Assembly (NCBI GenBank): GCA_903928565.1
Contig: CAIYRH010000007.1
Location: 14,139 to 78,138, forward strand
Direction: 5' to 3'
DNA: 64,000 nucleotides
Source: Candidatus Staskawiczbacteria bacterium
GTDB taxonomy: Bacteria; Patescibacteriota; Minisyncoccia; Minisyncoccales; Staskawiczbacteraceae
The position numbers and the translations under genes are program-made. The notes below the pieces were generated by a model. It saw only the letters and a list, made by a program, of their open reading frames with translations, ran no database searches and was not told the origin of the DNA. Below are positions 17,752 to 27,043 of this stretch, in pieces. The stretch's first letter is position 1. Each line of letters opens with the position of its first letter.

Positions 17752-17780
17752 AAAACTGCCCCAATAAAGGGCAGTTTTTT
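17752..17780. terminator. Bidirectional intrinsic terminator
   Basis: aaaa-CTGCCC-caataaa-GGGCAG-tttttt, between convergent jag and the last gene of the T4SS-like locus. Confidence 0.6.
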
Positions 17781-17787
17781 GATGAAA

Positions 17788-19050
17788 TTATTTAATTGGA
17801 GTAATAACCGGTGCTAACGATTGCGGCGCGGCTAGGGGTGGTTTTATGGGAATAATGGCTACGGCGTTGGGTACTCTGCTTGAACTGTTTCTAATAAGTT
17901 CCCATTTTATTTGACGTGGGCCTATTCTATTTACGTCGTTGGTTGTTGGAAATTCCTGGCAAAAAGACCATGGTCCACCATCATCAGATTGGGCAGTTTC
18001 TTCTGGTGAAACATAAACAAGCAAAACAAGATAATTACCGTCTATTATTATGGAAGAAATGTTTTCCCCTGCCAGAGTTGGCGGGGTTCTTGCCCCAGGT
18101 TCGCACCTTCCCTCTTTATCATATTTTGTGCACTCTTGTTCGGTTTCATCAACCCCTTCAAAGGTTAAATCATCAAGGTTGGCTACATAAATGCCGTTTA
18201 TTGCATCATTTTTAACTTCGTAATAGCCGCCCATTGATTTTGAAGTTGGTTGGGGTACATTGCCATTTGCATCGGGCGGGCCTGTTGGGTTTTTAACATC
18301 GCCGCTTTTATTACTGCAATGTTCAATTAAGTCTTTGACTTTGTTATAGTAAGGTTTGTCATTTAAGCAGGGTTTGCGGAAGAAATAAACGCCTTCTCCA
18401 TTTGGGTTGGGGTCATATTCATAAATGGAGGCAGAAGACACGAAGTTGCCAGTTTCGGCACATTTTTTTTTACCATTAAAATATTGGCATTTACCCCAAA
18501 AATTTGGATTTTCATAGGTAATTGTAAAAAAGGAATGGCCGTTTGCCGTGTCTGCTACTACGTCAACTTTTTTAAGGTTGTTCTTTTTTAGTTTTGTTCC
18601 CAAATCTTCAATATTTGAAACGAATGGAGTTGCAGAGTTGTCGTCGCAATTGTCTGCATTATAAAAATAAACGCCTGGTAGTTTTTGCGCGGCAACAGGC
18701 TGTAGAGAAACATCTTGTAATTTATCTATGTTAAAAATGTTTAATTGGGGATTTATGGTGGTAATAATTAAATATGTCAAAACCAAAATAAGCAAACCAG
18801 AAATGGCGCTAAAAATTCTGTCTTTAGCTTCTCTTTGAAGTTCGGGCTTTGCAGCAGACAAAAAATACATTATTCCTGCAATAACCAGGCCAAATAAAAC
18901 GGCAATAAAGCCAATGGTCATTCCGGCGCTAAACATATATTTTATGTAACTTGGAAGATCGGTGACAGTTGCCGCATTTTGTCCTGCTATATTTGGAAGT
19001 GTTGGATATTGAACTTCTAGGTTGGCAACGGCCAAAATTTTATTTATCAT
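17788..19050 (-). CDS. T4SS pilin-like (VirB2/TrbC-type two-helix module) fused to a ~300-aa Cys-containing ectodomain
   Basis: The N-terminal module FSAGMTIGFIAVLFGLVIAGIMYFLSAAKPELQREAKDRIFSAISGLLILVLTYLIITTINPQL aligns by eye with the modules of the 350-, 1460- and 121-aa proteins. The ectodomain starts with PGVYFY, as in the 350-aa neighbour. Confidence 0.55.
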   Translation of the reverse strand: MINKILAVANLEVQYPTLPNIAGQNAATVTDLPSYIKYMFSAGMTIGFIAVLFGLVIAGIMYFLSAAKPELQREAKDRIFSAISGLLILVLTYLIITTINPQLNIFNIDKLQDVSLQPVAAQKLPGVYFYNADNCDDNSATPFVSNIEDLGTKLKKNNLKKVDVVADTANGHSFFTITYENPNFWGKCQYFNGKKKCAETGNFVSSASIYEYDPNPNGEGVYFFRKPCLNDKPYYNKVKDLIEHCSNKSGDVKNPTGPPDANGNVPQPTSKSMGGYYEVKNDAINGIYVANLDDLTFEGVDETEQECTKYDKEGRCEPGARTPPTLAGENISSIIIDGNYLVLLVYVSPEETAQSDDGGPWSFCQEFPTTNDVNRIGPRQIKWELIRNSSSRVPNAVAIIPIKPPLAAPQSLAPVITPIK

Positions 19051-19061
19051 CGAAATTGTAT

Positions 19062-20114
19062 TTATTGGATAATGGGAATGATGTGGATTGTTGTCATTTC
19101 ATTTGTGCCAGCCGCCACAAACGGGTCTGTATTTAAGTTTGCAACGCTGTTTGTAAATGTTTCGCAATATGAACCGGTAGTTGAACCACCACCGCTACCA
19201 GATGAATAAATGGCAACTAGGTCATCTCCTACTATATCTATTGAGCCCGGGCAAGATCCAAAATCTACGCATTCCACATCTTTATATTCGTCCGGCACAT
19301 TAACGCCGGTATAATCAAACTTCATACTGCTTGGTGTTTCAGTGTGTTTGGCATCGGTAATTTTATCTGCAGTAACAGGGTAAAAACCCGCTCTTGCCCC
19401 TTTGGCTCCTCCATATGGCCTGCCATAGAAGGTTACGGCTGGAGTATCTGTGCCCGAGCCCGCATCTGGATTTATTCTAAAAACATCTATGGCGCCATTC
19501 ATGCTATTGGTTGGTTGGCAATCTGTTTTGTCTGTTACGGGTTCGCCACAACCGCCCCCTTTTTCAAGGCCCTCTACCTGATGCAAAATATAACCAAAAG
19601 TATTTGTCTCGTCATTTACAATTTTAATACCTTTAATGTCGGCGCCTATTTTGTCTGCGCTTTGGGTGGTCATTCCTGCGCCCGTGTCACAACTTTCATC
19701 TGAATAAAAATAAACTCCAGGTGCGGGGGCCGTGGGATTTAATTCAACATTATTTAAAGGATTTAAAGTTGGGTTAATAAGGTTTGGGTTAATGGTGTTT
19801 AAAATTATATATGATGCCCCTAAAAGTAATATGCCCAATATTGACCCCCTCATTCGGTCTTTTCCGCTTGATGCTAATTCGGTGTTGTCGGCAGAGGCCA
19901 TTAACGTAACGGCGCCAACCACAAAAGAAATTGCAGCAACAACAGCGGCAATTCCAATTCCCCACTGAAAATAATGTACCGCGCAAGTTGCAATGCTATT
20001 ATCACTGGCGCAGGGGCCACCTGGCACTTCTACATTATTAGCGGCATAAATAAAGTTGGCACTGCTAAAGAATGAAATTGATGAAGCAAAGAAAATTAAT
20101 ATTTTTTTATTCAT
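19062..20114 (-). CDS. T4SS pilin-like module fused to a ~230-aa ectodomain (paralog of 17788-19050)
   Basis: Signal peptide, then WGIGIAAVVAAISFVVGAVTLMASADNTELASSGKDRMRGSILGILLLGASYIILNTINPNL, then APAPGVYFYSDESCD. Confidence 0.55.
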   Translation of the reverse strand: MNKKILIFFASSISFFSSANFIYAANNVEVPGGPCASDNSIATCAVHYFQWGIGIAAVVAAISFVVGAVTLMASADNTELASSGKDRMRGSILGILLLGASYIILNTINPNLINPTLNPLNNVELNPTAPAPGVYFYSDESCDTGAGMTTQSADKIGADIKGIKIVNDETNTFGYILHQVEGLEKGGGCGEPVTDKTDCQPTNSMNGAIDVFRINPDAGSGTDTPAVTFYGRPYGGAKGARAGFYPVTADKITDAKHTETPSSMKFDYTGVNVPDEYKDVECVDFGSCPGSIDIVGDDLVAIYSSGSGGGSTTGSYCETFTNSVANLNTDPFVAAGTNEMTTIHIIPIIQ

Positions 20115-20130
20115 AGTTTTAAAAAACTTT

Positions 20131-23100
20131 TTAATAGTTTTTATTTTTTATGTTGTATATGGGGTTATTATTTTCTACTTGCTTGTCATTCCATTCATGG
20201 CAACACATCCAGTCATCGGTTAAATCTTTGCCAGCAGCATTTCCTAAATTTTTTCCATAACAATAGCCAGTGTAATCTTTACCGCCAAAGTTTAATTTGT
20301 CTTGATTAATTGGAGGTAATAGTTCGTCTTCAGCGCGCGAACAACTTAACAGTCGAGTATCTGCTCCGCCAACAATTGTATTGTTCACGCTACAGGTATT
20401 TGCCTGTTGTCTGGAATAAGTTAATTGTTTTAATATGTCGCTTCTGGGTTCTTTAATTATATTAACATCAAAACTCATGTAATCTGTTTTTAGTTTTTTG
20501 TATGCATTCCACAGTTGAGAATTATAATCTACAACTTGTTGGCATGGACTGCCCTTGCATGGCACTAAGTCGCAACTTCCTAATTCGGCCTGTTCGGTGC
20601 CAGTTTGCACTTGTCCTGGCGGGCAACCATTTTCAGCTAATACAAAAGGATTATGATTGTTTATGTCAAAGTGTTGGATATCAGAAATAATTTTATTGTT
20701 TGCCGATGTGCCCAGTAAGCTGGCGGTTATATTTTTAGAAGAATTATTATAAGGGAAAGTGGGAGCAGGATTATAAGTAGGAAGGTTCCAATTAAATGGA
20801 CTTGGGATGCAAGGGGCAATATAGCTTCCTTGATTTCCGCATGAGTCAAACCAATATAGGTTGCCCCAATATATACTGCCCGCTGGTACGCAGTTTTGAT
20901 AATTGTTTGGTATGCAACCAGGATCGGAGGGAGTGGTGGGTGGGGTGTCAGGAGTGTCGGGAGGCGCAGGCGCACAAATTGGCACTTGAGATTGAGATTG
21001 AGAGTATTTGCAATCGGTATTGCAAATTGGTTCGCCATTTCCATATTGTGCAGAGCACGTGCAGTAATTTTTTACGGGTTCGGTGTCTTTTGCTTTTCCA
21101 ATTTTTGTCATTTGGTCAAGAACTAATTGGGCATCTTTAGCCATAAGTTCAACATTAGCAAATACATTGTTAGCCCAGGCTAAAGCATTATCTACCGTTT
21201 GGCCAATAGGAATATCTCCGCCCTTGTCGCAAGTTTTTTCTTTGCCTACTGGTGTGGCAGGGTTGGCAGTGCCCTCTTTTTGTGGATCGGCCCACCAGTT
21301 ATCTTGGCAATAAAAAGTAAGCGGGTCGTCATTGTAAGAATAGGTATTACATTGTGGGCCCACCATTTGATAAATGGCTATATTGGGAGTTTCTGTGCCA
21401 GATTTTTCATTACCAGCATTGGTTACGCAAACATTTTTTGTTGGAGAGCAGGTTTCTCCTTCTTCAACGCAATCCGAATCGTCTGTGCAAGGTATGGCAT
21501 TTTTCCCACTGCTCATACAAATATTTTCTACGCAAACCTGATCTTGAAAACATTCATCATCTGTTTGACATCTTGCTCCTGTAATTGTACATGCATTTAA
21601 ACCATTGGCAGGGGCTGAGCCCGTTGGAACTGATGTAGCCCCGGGGGCAGCAGTTGAGGGAGAATCTGTTGAGCAAAGTTCTCCAGCAATAGATTGGCTG
21701 GTGGCGGAGGGCTGGCCGGGAGTTGAGGGTTGAGTAGAGTTTTGGTTAATAGGGCAATCGGCATTTGATGAACAATCTTTTTTGCTAATTGCAGTGCTTC
21801 TGTCTGGAACATAAAAGGTAATAGGCTTATCTATTTTATCACAGGGGCAAGCTGCGCAGTCTGAAGCAGTTGGGCATTTTGAGGTTTCGGGGCAAACTTC
21901 TTGGCAGGTAGCGTCTGGGTTTGAACTGCTTGTACATTTGCCACTAGTGGCGGGCACGCCCGAGGCGGTGCATTTTTGAACGCTTTTTTTCTGCCACAAA
22001 AATGATGCAGAATAATCTTGTGAACATGTTCCTGTTTGCCATTTGCATTTACTTGAACCATTGCAACTAGATGGGTCGCCAAAAGTTGCACAAGTTGAAG
22101 ACACGGTGCAATTTGCTGGTTGCCATGCGCATTGGTCTGTCGTATCGTTGGTGCAACTGGTTTGGTCTAGGCCCGTACAGGCGGCAGCTCCCGCACATTG
22201 TGCTTGTTTCCATTCACAGCTTCCGGTGCAAGAAGCTTGGTTTTTAGCTTTATTGCAGACTGCGCTTGAACTTTTATTTACACAAATGTCGGGGTTCCAA
22301 ACGCAACCGCCCCAAAGGCCGTTCCCTATTCCGTTGGCACTAGAACACTGAAGAGAATTGTTGTAAGAAGCGCAATTTAAACTTAATGGAGTATTTACAC
22401 AATCTTTATAGCCAGCAAATTCGTCGGAACCATTTTTACAAGAGTAGGCATTATTTATACAAAAATTTATATTTCCCTTATCTGTAGAGTCTAATTTAGC
22501 ACAATTTGCGAAATTTTTTGCACCTTGGGTATCAAATAAGCATTTGCCCAAATTATTTAAAACGCATTGGCCGTTATCGCCTGCCCATTGATAACAATTA
22601 TTGTATTCTGGCGAGCACGACGGGTAGTTGCGCGCACAAACTTCTTTTAAGGAGCTTTGGCAAGCAGTAATGCATTCACTAAAAGTTGCGGAATCGCCGG
22701 TTCCTTTTGTGCAAGGCCTTGTTTTATAAGCATTTTGAACACAACTTGCCACCTGGTCGCCACTGCCACCGCTTGTACTGCCGCTGTCGCAGTCTCCGTA
22801 TGCTTGTATGGCGCCATCGCCGGTGTCTGGGCAGTCGTCATTGCAGTGTTTTAAACAAGTAGAATTATTATAATTAAATCCTGTGCAATATTGCGAAGCG
22901 TTTACCGCTTGCCCAGTAGTAAAATCTTGGTAAGCAGAAGTTTGCCGTAAAACAACGCGGTCTTTTTGTGGGGCAACTTTGTAGGCACTTATCAAGTCTG
23001 CATATGGCATTGCTAAATAGCATTTAGCTAATTGTGCACGGGCTGCTTGTAAATTATCTGCATCTTCTTTAAAACCTTGTCCTTGTGCCCACATAGGAAG

Positions 23101-24513
23101 TATCTCGGAATAAAATTTAATTTGTTGCCACAAATTAATTCCTCTCCATTTTATTGGGTCTATGACCATTACCCCTTGTGCACCATAATCTTGTCCATTG
23201 GGGGCAACTATTTTTTTTATGTTAGAACATTGCTCGTCTGCGCTCTGCGAAGCATTAGTAGCCAGTGGTACACGGTCTTCTCCTGCTTGTTGTCCGGGTT
23301 CGGGTGTTGTGTTGGGGCACCTAAATTCGTCTAACCCATTATATCTTCTGGCACAAGTGTGAGTGGAGAGGTCGCAACCTTCCACCTTAATAATCTTAGA
23401 CCCGCCGCCGGCTACAGAAAAGGTTGCTGTAGCCTTACAGTCGCCATCTGTATTGCAAACCTGTTCGCAGGGCTTTCCGTTTACGTCCTTGTCGCTGGGG
23501 GTAGCACCACTAGTATCTTGTTTGCAATTTACGTGAACATAAATGGGGCCGTGTTCAATTTGGTCTTTAACTGACCAAGGGTCGCCATTTGATTCTTTAA
23601 GCGGTTGGCCGGTTTTTAAATCTTTTAACGGTTGGCCGCCTGAAAGGGCTACGCTTGGGCAACAATCTTTTGTGTCTGGAGGTTGTTTACACGCACCGCC
23701 AACGCAACTTCCTCCGCACGAGCCATTTTGTTGCAACTGACAACCACCATTGGCGGGGTCGCAAACGGGACTGCATTTTGAAGAGCCATCGGGGTTTGCA
23801 CAAGAACAGGTGTCCATTAGTTTTGTTATTTCAGCACCCAACAATGCAGCAACGTTGGCTTTTTTCTGCATGCCTTCAACGAATTGTCTTAAACAAGCAA
23901 CTCTATCTTGGTTAACAAAATCTTTAGAAGTGGGCTGTCTGTTTGAACCGGTTTCTTCAAACGGACTGGGCGTTGCGTAGTCTCCATATTTATCAAAATC
24001 AGTGCAAACGCTAGTTCTAGTTAATAAGTTTTCGGTTAAAATTCCTATTGGAATTTCATTATATGTGGCAACAATTACGCCCGGTGGAACAGCTGTGTCG
24101 TTGCTAGAAAAAGGATTTAAATTAAGTTGTGGCAGAAAATCAATTTTACAACTGCCAATGTTGGGGTTTATTGTATATAAAATTAAAGATGAGCAAACAA
24201 TAATTAATAACCCCAATATTCCCGCTTTTACCCAGGCCTTGCCTTCGTCTGTAAATTTTCCTTGGCCATAGGAAATTAAATAGTAAATTCCTCCAACAAC
24301 AATTGTGGTAACAGCAATTGTTATGGCTAAAATAAGGCCCGCATTAAATAAATAACAAACAAAGTCTCCAATTGTAGAATTGTTATTTAAAGATTTACCA
24401 AGAAAATCTGGGTATTTAACTTCTAAAGTTACCGCAGAAATAAAACTGGCGCGTAGCAAAAAAGCACTTAGCGCGAAAAAGTATAAAGCAAATTTTTTAC
24501 GAAATAATGCCAC
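20131..24513 (-). CDS. Giant (1460 aa) cysteine-rich surface protein with an N-terminal T4SS pilin-like module
   Basis: N-terminal module CYLFNAGLILAITIAVTTIVVGGIYYLISYGQGKFTDEGKAWVKAGILGLLIIVCSSLILYTINPNI. The remaining ~1300 aa contain about 99 Cys (manual count) in CxnC-dense blocks, plus Pro/Thr linkers (PPDTPDTPPTTPSDPG). No TM segment after the module. Confidence 0.6.
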   Translation of the reverse strand: MALFRKKFALYFFALSAFLLRASFISAVTLEVKYPDFLGKSLNNNSTIGDFVCYLFNAGLILAITIAVTTIVVGGIYYLISYGQGKFTDEGKAWVKAGILGLLIIVCSSLILYTINPNIGSCKIDFLPQLNLNPFSSNDTAVPPGVIVATYNEIPIGILTENLLTRTSVCTDFDKYGDYATPSPFEETGSNRQPTSKDFVNQDRVACLRQFVEGMQKKANVAALLGAEITKLMDTCSCANPDGSSKCSPVCDPANGGCQLQQNGSCGGSCVGGACKQPPDTKDCCPSVALSGGQPLKDLKTGQPLKESNGDPWSVKDQIEHGPIYVHVNCKQDTSGATPSDKDVNGKPCEQVCNTDGDCKATATFSVAGGGSKIIKVEGCDLSTHTCARRYNGLDEFRCPNTTPEPGQQAGEDRVPLATNASQSADEQCSNIKKIVAPNGQDYGAQGVMVIDPIKWRGINLWQQIKFYSEILPMWAQGQGFKEDADNLQAARAQLAKCYLAMPYADLISAYKVAPQKDRVVLRQTSAYQDFTTGQAVNASQYCTGFNYNNSTCLKHCNDDCPDTGDGAIQAYGDCDSGSTSGGSGDQVASCVQNAYKTRPCTKGTGDSATFSECITACQSSLKEVCARNYPSCSPEYNNCYQWAGDNGQCVLNNLGKCLFDTQGAKNFANCAKLDSTDKGNINFCINNAYSCKNGSDEFAGYKDCVNTPLSLNCASYNNSLQCSSANGIGNGLWGGCVWNPDICVNKSSSAVCNKAKNQASCTGSCEWKQAQCAGAAACTGLDQTSCTNDTTDQCAWQPANCTVSSTCATFGDPSSCNGSSKCKWQTGTCSQDYSASFLWQKKSVQKCTASGVPATSGKCTSSSNPDATCQEVCPETSKCPTASDCAACPCDKIDKPITFYVPDRSTAISKKDCSSNADCPINQNSTQPSTPGQPSATSQSIAGELCSTDSPSTAAPGATSVPTGSAPANGLNACTITGARCQTDDECFQDQVCVENICMSSGKNAIPCTDDSDCVEEGETCSPTKNVCVTNAGNEKSGTETPNIAIYQMVGPQCNTYSYNDDPLTFYCQDNWWADPQKEGTANPATPVGKEKTCDKGGDIPIGQTVDNALAWANNVFANVELMAKDAQLVLDQMTKIGKAKDTEPVKNYCTCSAQYGNGEPICNTDCKYSQSQSQVPICAPAPPDTPDTPPTTPSDPGCIPNNYQNCVPAGSIYWGNLYWFDSCGNQGSYIAPCIPSPFNWNLPTYNPAPTFPYNNSSKNITASLLGTSANNKIISDIQHFDINNHNPFVLAENGCPPGQVQTGTEQAELGSCDLVPCKGSPCQQVVDYNSQLWNAYKKLKTDYMSFDVNIIKEPRSDILKQLTYSRQQANTCSVNNTIVGGADTRLLSCSRAEDELLPPINQDKLNFGGKDYTGYCYGKNLGNAAGKDLTDDWMCCHEWNDKQVENNNPIYNIKNKNY

Positions 24514-24537
24514 GTATTATTTTGGTTTTTAAAAACT

Positions 24538-26343
24538 TTAATTTTGAGCCGACTCTAAATTTTTCTTTGCTTCTCTGTTTTGTAAAACTTCTTGCGGGTT
24601 TGTTGTAATTATTTGAGTTTCTGTTTGGCTGGCAACTACAGAAAGGAAAACGTGTTTTTTGCCTGCAAAAAATAACCCCTCACCCACCGCAGCTCCCAGC
24701 AATAAATATTTTTCTTGTTCTGTAAGTTGAAAAGTTTTTTGCACAGAATCAATGTCGGCGGTTGATTGCTTCATTAAAAGTTGCAAAGAAGAGTTTGTAA
24801 TAATTGCTTTTCCGTAATCAGACTTCATAAAGTCTGCAACGTCTTGAGTAATTGTTGTAACACCCAGCCAATATTTTCTTCCTCTTTTAACAATTCCAAA
24901 TAAGAAAGAGGCGCCATCGGGTGACTGCATAAGCCACCAGGCCTCATCAATAACCAAAAGTCTTTTTTTCAATTTTTGGCGCACAATATTCCAAATGTAA
25001 CGCATAATAATGTACAAAGCAATTGGCCTTAAAGATTCTTCCATGTCTCTTATGCCAAAAACAACCAAGCTTTTATCCATGGAAATATTTGATTGCTGGT
25101 TAAAGAAATCGGCAAAAGTTCCTTTTGTAAATTTTCCAATACGTTTTACTAAAGAATCTGTGCCAGTCATGCTTTGTAAAATTTCTTCAAAGTCAGACAT
25201 TAAGGGAATGTTGTTTACCCAAGTTTGTGGGTCTGAATCTACGGTAATGTCTCTTACGGCATAAGTTTGCGTTAAAGCTTCATCTAAAATGCTGTCTTCT
25301 TCTGGAGTTAGCCCGCCCAACATAATGCGTAAAAGCCCAACCAAGTTTATAACGTTAGACCTTAAAATATCTGCTGGGTTGTCGTCTGGCCCAGGAATTG
25401 GTAAGTCAAACGGATTTACATGATTTGGTGAAGTTAAAGAAATTTTTAAGAATGCTCCGCCAACTGCGTCGGCTAAAAATTCATATTCATTTTCTGGGTC
25501 AACAATTATGCAGTCTATGCCTTGCATTAAATATCTTAAAATTTCCAGTTTAATGGCAAAAGATTTTCCCGAACCAGATTTTGCAAAAACCACCATGTTG
25601 GCATTTTCCAAACTAAACCTGTCAAACAAAACCAAAGAATTATTGTGACGGTTTATGCCATATAAAATTCCTTCGTTAGAACTTAGGTCAAAACAAATAA
25701 ATGGGAAACAAGTTGAAAGTGGAGCGGTGTCCATTGGCGTGTGCACGTTAATTAAGTCCATCCCATACGGATTGCAAGAAATAAAACCTTCTTTTTGTTT
25801 AAACAATGCCGGCTTTATATAAATTAACCTAGACTCAAAAATTGAACGCAAAGTTAATTCGGTGTCGCGCAGTTCTTTTTCTGATGTTTCATAAATTGTA
25901 ATATACAAACCCAGCCTAAACATTTTTTCTTGGGCAGTCATTAAATTATCTCTTAAGGATTCAATGTCTTTGTAGGCGGTTTCAAGTGCAGGGTCTCTAA
26001 TTAAGCCCTTCTCTTCCCTTTCCAATAATTCTGAAGAAACTTCTGTAACTTTTTTTCTTAACTTTTTTAAAATTAATTCACTGCTTACCGGATGAATGAA
26101 AAAAGAAATATCCATTGGAGTGTTTAAATCTATAACAGGTGAAAACCAACCGGTATTTAAATAACGGGGATAAGAAAAAACGAAAAAAGATTTGGCCAAC
26201 CTTTCGCCAAGTTTTATGTGGTCTTGTAAAACCCCAATATATGGTGGAGCAATAATGTCTTTTACATCAAAAGACTCTTCTTTAAAAATTTGCCCAGTTA
26301 GGTCTTTTTCTTTTTTCCCCAATATATTATCTAAAAGTTTCAT
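24538..26343 (-). CDS. virB4: VirB4/TrbE/CagE-family type IV secretion ATPase
   Basis: Walker A VVFAKSGSGKSFAIK and Walker B RLLVIDEAWWLM. The N-terminal region (FVFSYPRYLNTGWFSPVIDLNTPMDISFFIHP) is typical of Gram-positive-type VirB4 homologs. 601 aa. Confidence 0.85.
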   Translation of the reverse strand: MKLLDNILGKKEKDLTGQIFKEESFDVKDIIAPPYIGVLQDHIKLGERLAKSFFVFSYPRYLNTGWFSPVIDLNTPMDISFFIHPVSSELILKKLRKKVTEVSSELLEREEKGLIRDPALETAYKDIESLRDNLMTAQEKMFRLGLYITIYETSEKELRDTELTLRSIFESRLIYIKPALFKQKEGFISCNPYGMDLINVHTPMDTAPLSTCFPFICFDLSSNEGILYGINRHNNSLVLFDRFSLENANMVVFAKSGSGKSFAIKLEILRYLMQGIDCIIVDPENEYEFLADAVGGAFLKISLTSPNHVNPFDLPIPGPDDNPADILRSNVINLVGLLRIMLGGLTPEEDSILDEALTQTYAVRDITVDSDPQTWVNNIPLMSDFEEILQSMTGTDSLVKRIGKFTKGTFADFFNQQSNISMDKSLVVFGIRDMEESLRPIALYIIMRYIWNIVRQKLKKRLLVIDEAWWLMQSPDGASFLFGIVKRGRKYWLGVTTITQDVADFMKSDYGKAIITNSSLQLLMKQSTADIDSVQKTFQLTEQEKYLLLGAAVGEGLFFAGKKHVFLSVVASQTETQIITTNPQEVLQNREAKKNLESAQN

Positions 26344-26363
26344 AACTTTGAAATTACTCTAAT

Positions 26364-27026
26364 TTATTTTAGTAATTCTGGTAGTATTTCTGGATAGTAG
26401 CCAATTTCGGCTTGGTCTGGGTGGTGAATAGACCAGAAAAGTTCTATGAGTTCGGGCGTTGTAAGTGGCACAGCTTCCAGCCCGCACCTGCGCAACCCCA
26501 TGGAAACATATTCCATTCTTTGCCAAAGTTGCGTTTTGCACCTTTGGAATTCTTCTTCGCTAATTGGTTTGCTGTTTTTCCCACTTCCGGGCGCATCACC
26601 AAAGTTCAATTTTTTTTGTGTTCCTTTTAATCCAAAAATTTCCATTAAGTTGTATGGAATTACAATGTAAAAACTTTTTGTCATAACCACATCCCCCACC
26701 ACCATTTCTTTTATAAATTCTCTGTAAGAAGAAGTTTGTTTTTTTAACAAAGCGTTTGTTTGTTTTTCTTCTAAATCTTTTAAGCTATCTAAATATGGCG
26801 TTATGTTTATGTTTCTTGATTGAATAACAATTTGGCAGAAAAAATCTAAAGAGTTTAAAAAGTTTTGAAAAGCAAAAATTGTGGCAGTTTGTTCTTCCTC
26901 GGATTTTAGTGCAAAATTTATTGAAGAGGTCATTAAAATTCCTCTAATAGAATTATTTTTCAAAAGCAAAACACCCTCTCTAATATCTTGTACTTCTAAA
27001 AATGCTTGTGTTGCTGATTCGGCCAT
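26364..27026 (-). CDS. T4SS-locus protein of unknown function (no NTPase motifs)
   Basis: 220 aa. The N-terminal pattern FLEVQDIREGVLLLKNNSIRGILMTSSINFALKSEEEQTATIFAFQNFLNSLDF..QIVIQS recalls N-terminal regions seen in some VirB4/TraE-type proteins (from memory, low certainty). Confidence 0.4.
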   Translation of the reverse strand: MAESATQAFLEVQDIREGVLLLKNNSIRGILMTSSINFALKSEEEQTATIFAFQNFLNSLDFFCQIVIQSRNINITPYLDSLKDLEEKQTNALLKKQTSSYREFIKEMVVGDVVMTKSFYIVIPYNLMEIFGLKGTQKKLNFGDAPGSGKNSKPISEEEFQRCKTQLWQRMEYVSMGLRRCGLEAVPLTTPELIELFWSIHHPDQAEIGYYPEILPELLK

Positions 27027-27043
27027 AGCGTTGGGTAAGTTTT

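Noticed and set aside
20502-24271. More than 20 overlapping 60-135-aa ORFs on both strands inside the 1460-aa gene
   Set aside because: All are nested in or antisense to one long uninterrupted ORF with a coherent protein architecture. They are a by-product of the locally higher GC content, which yields fewer random stops.
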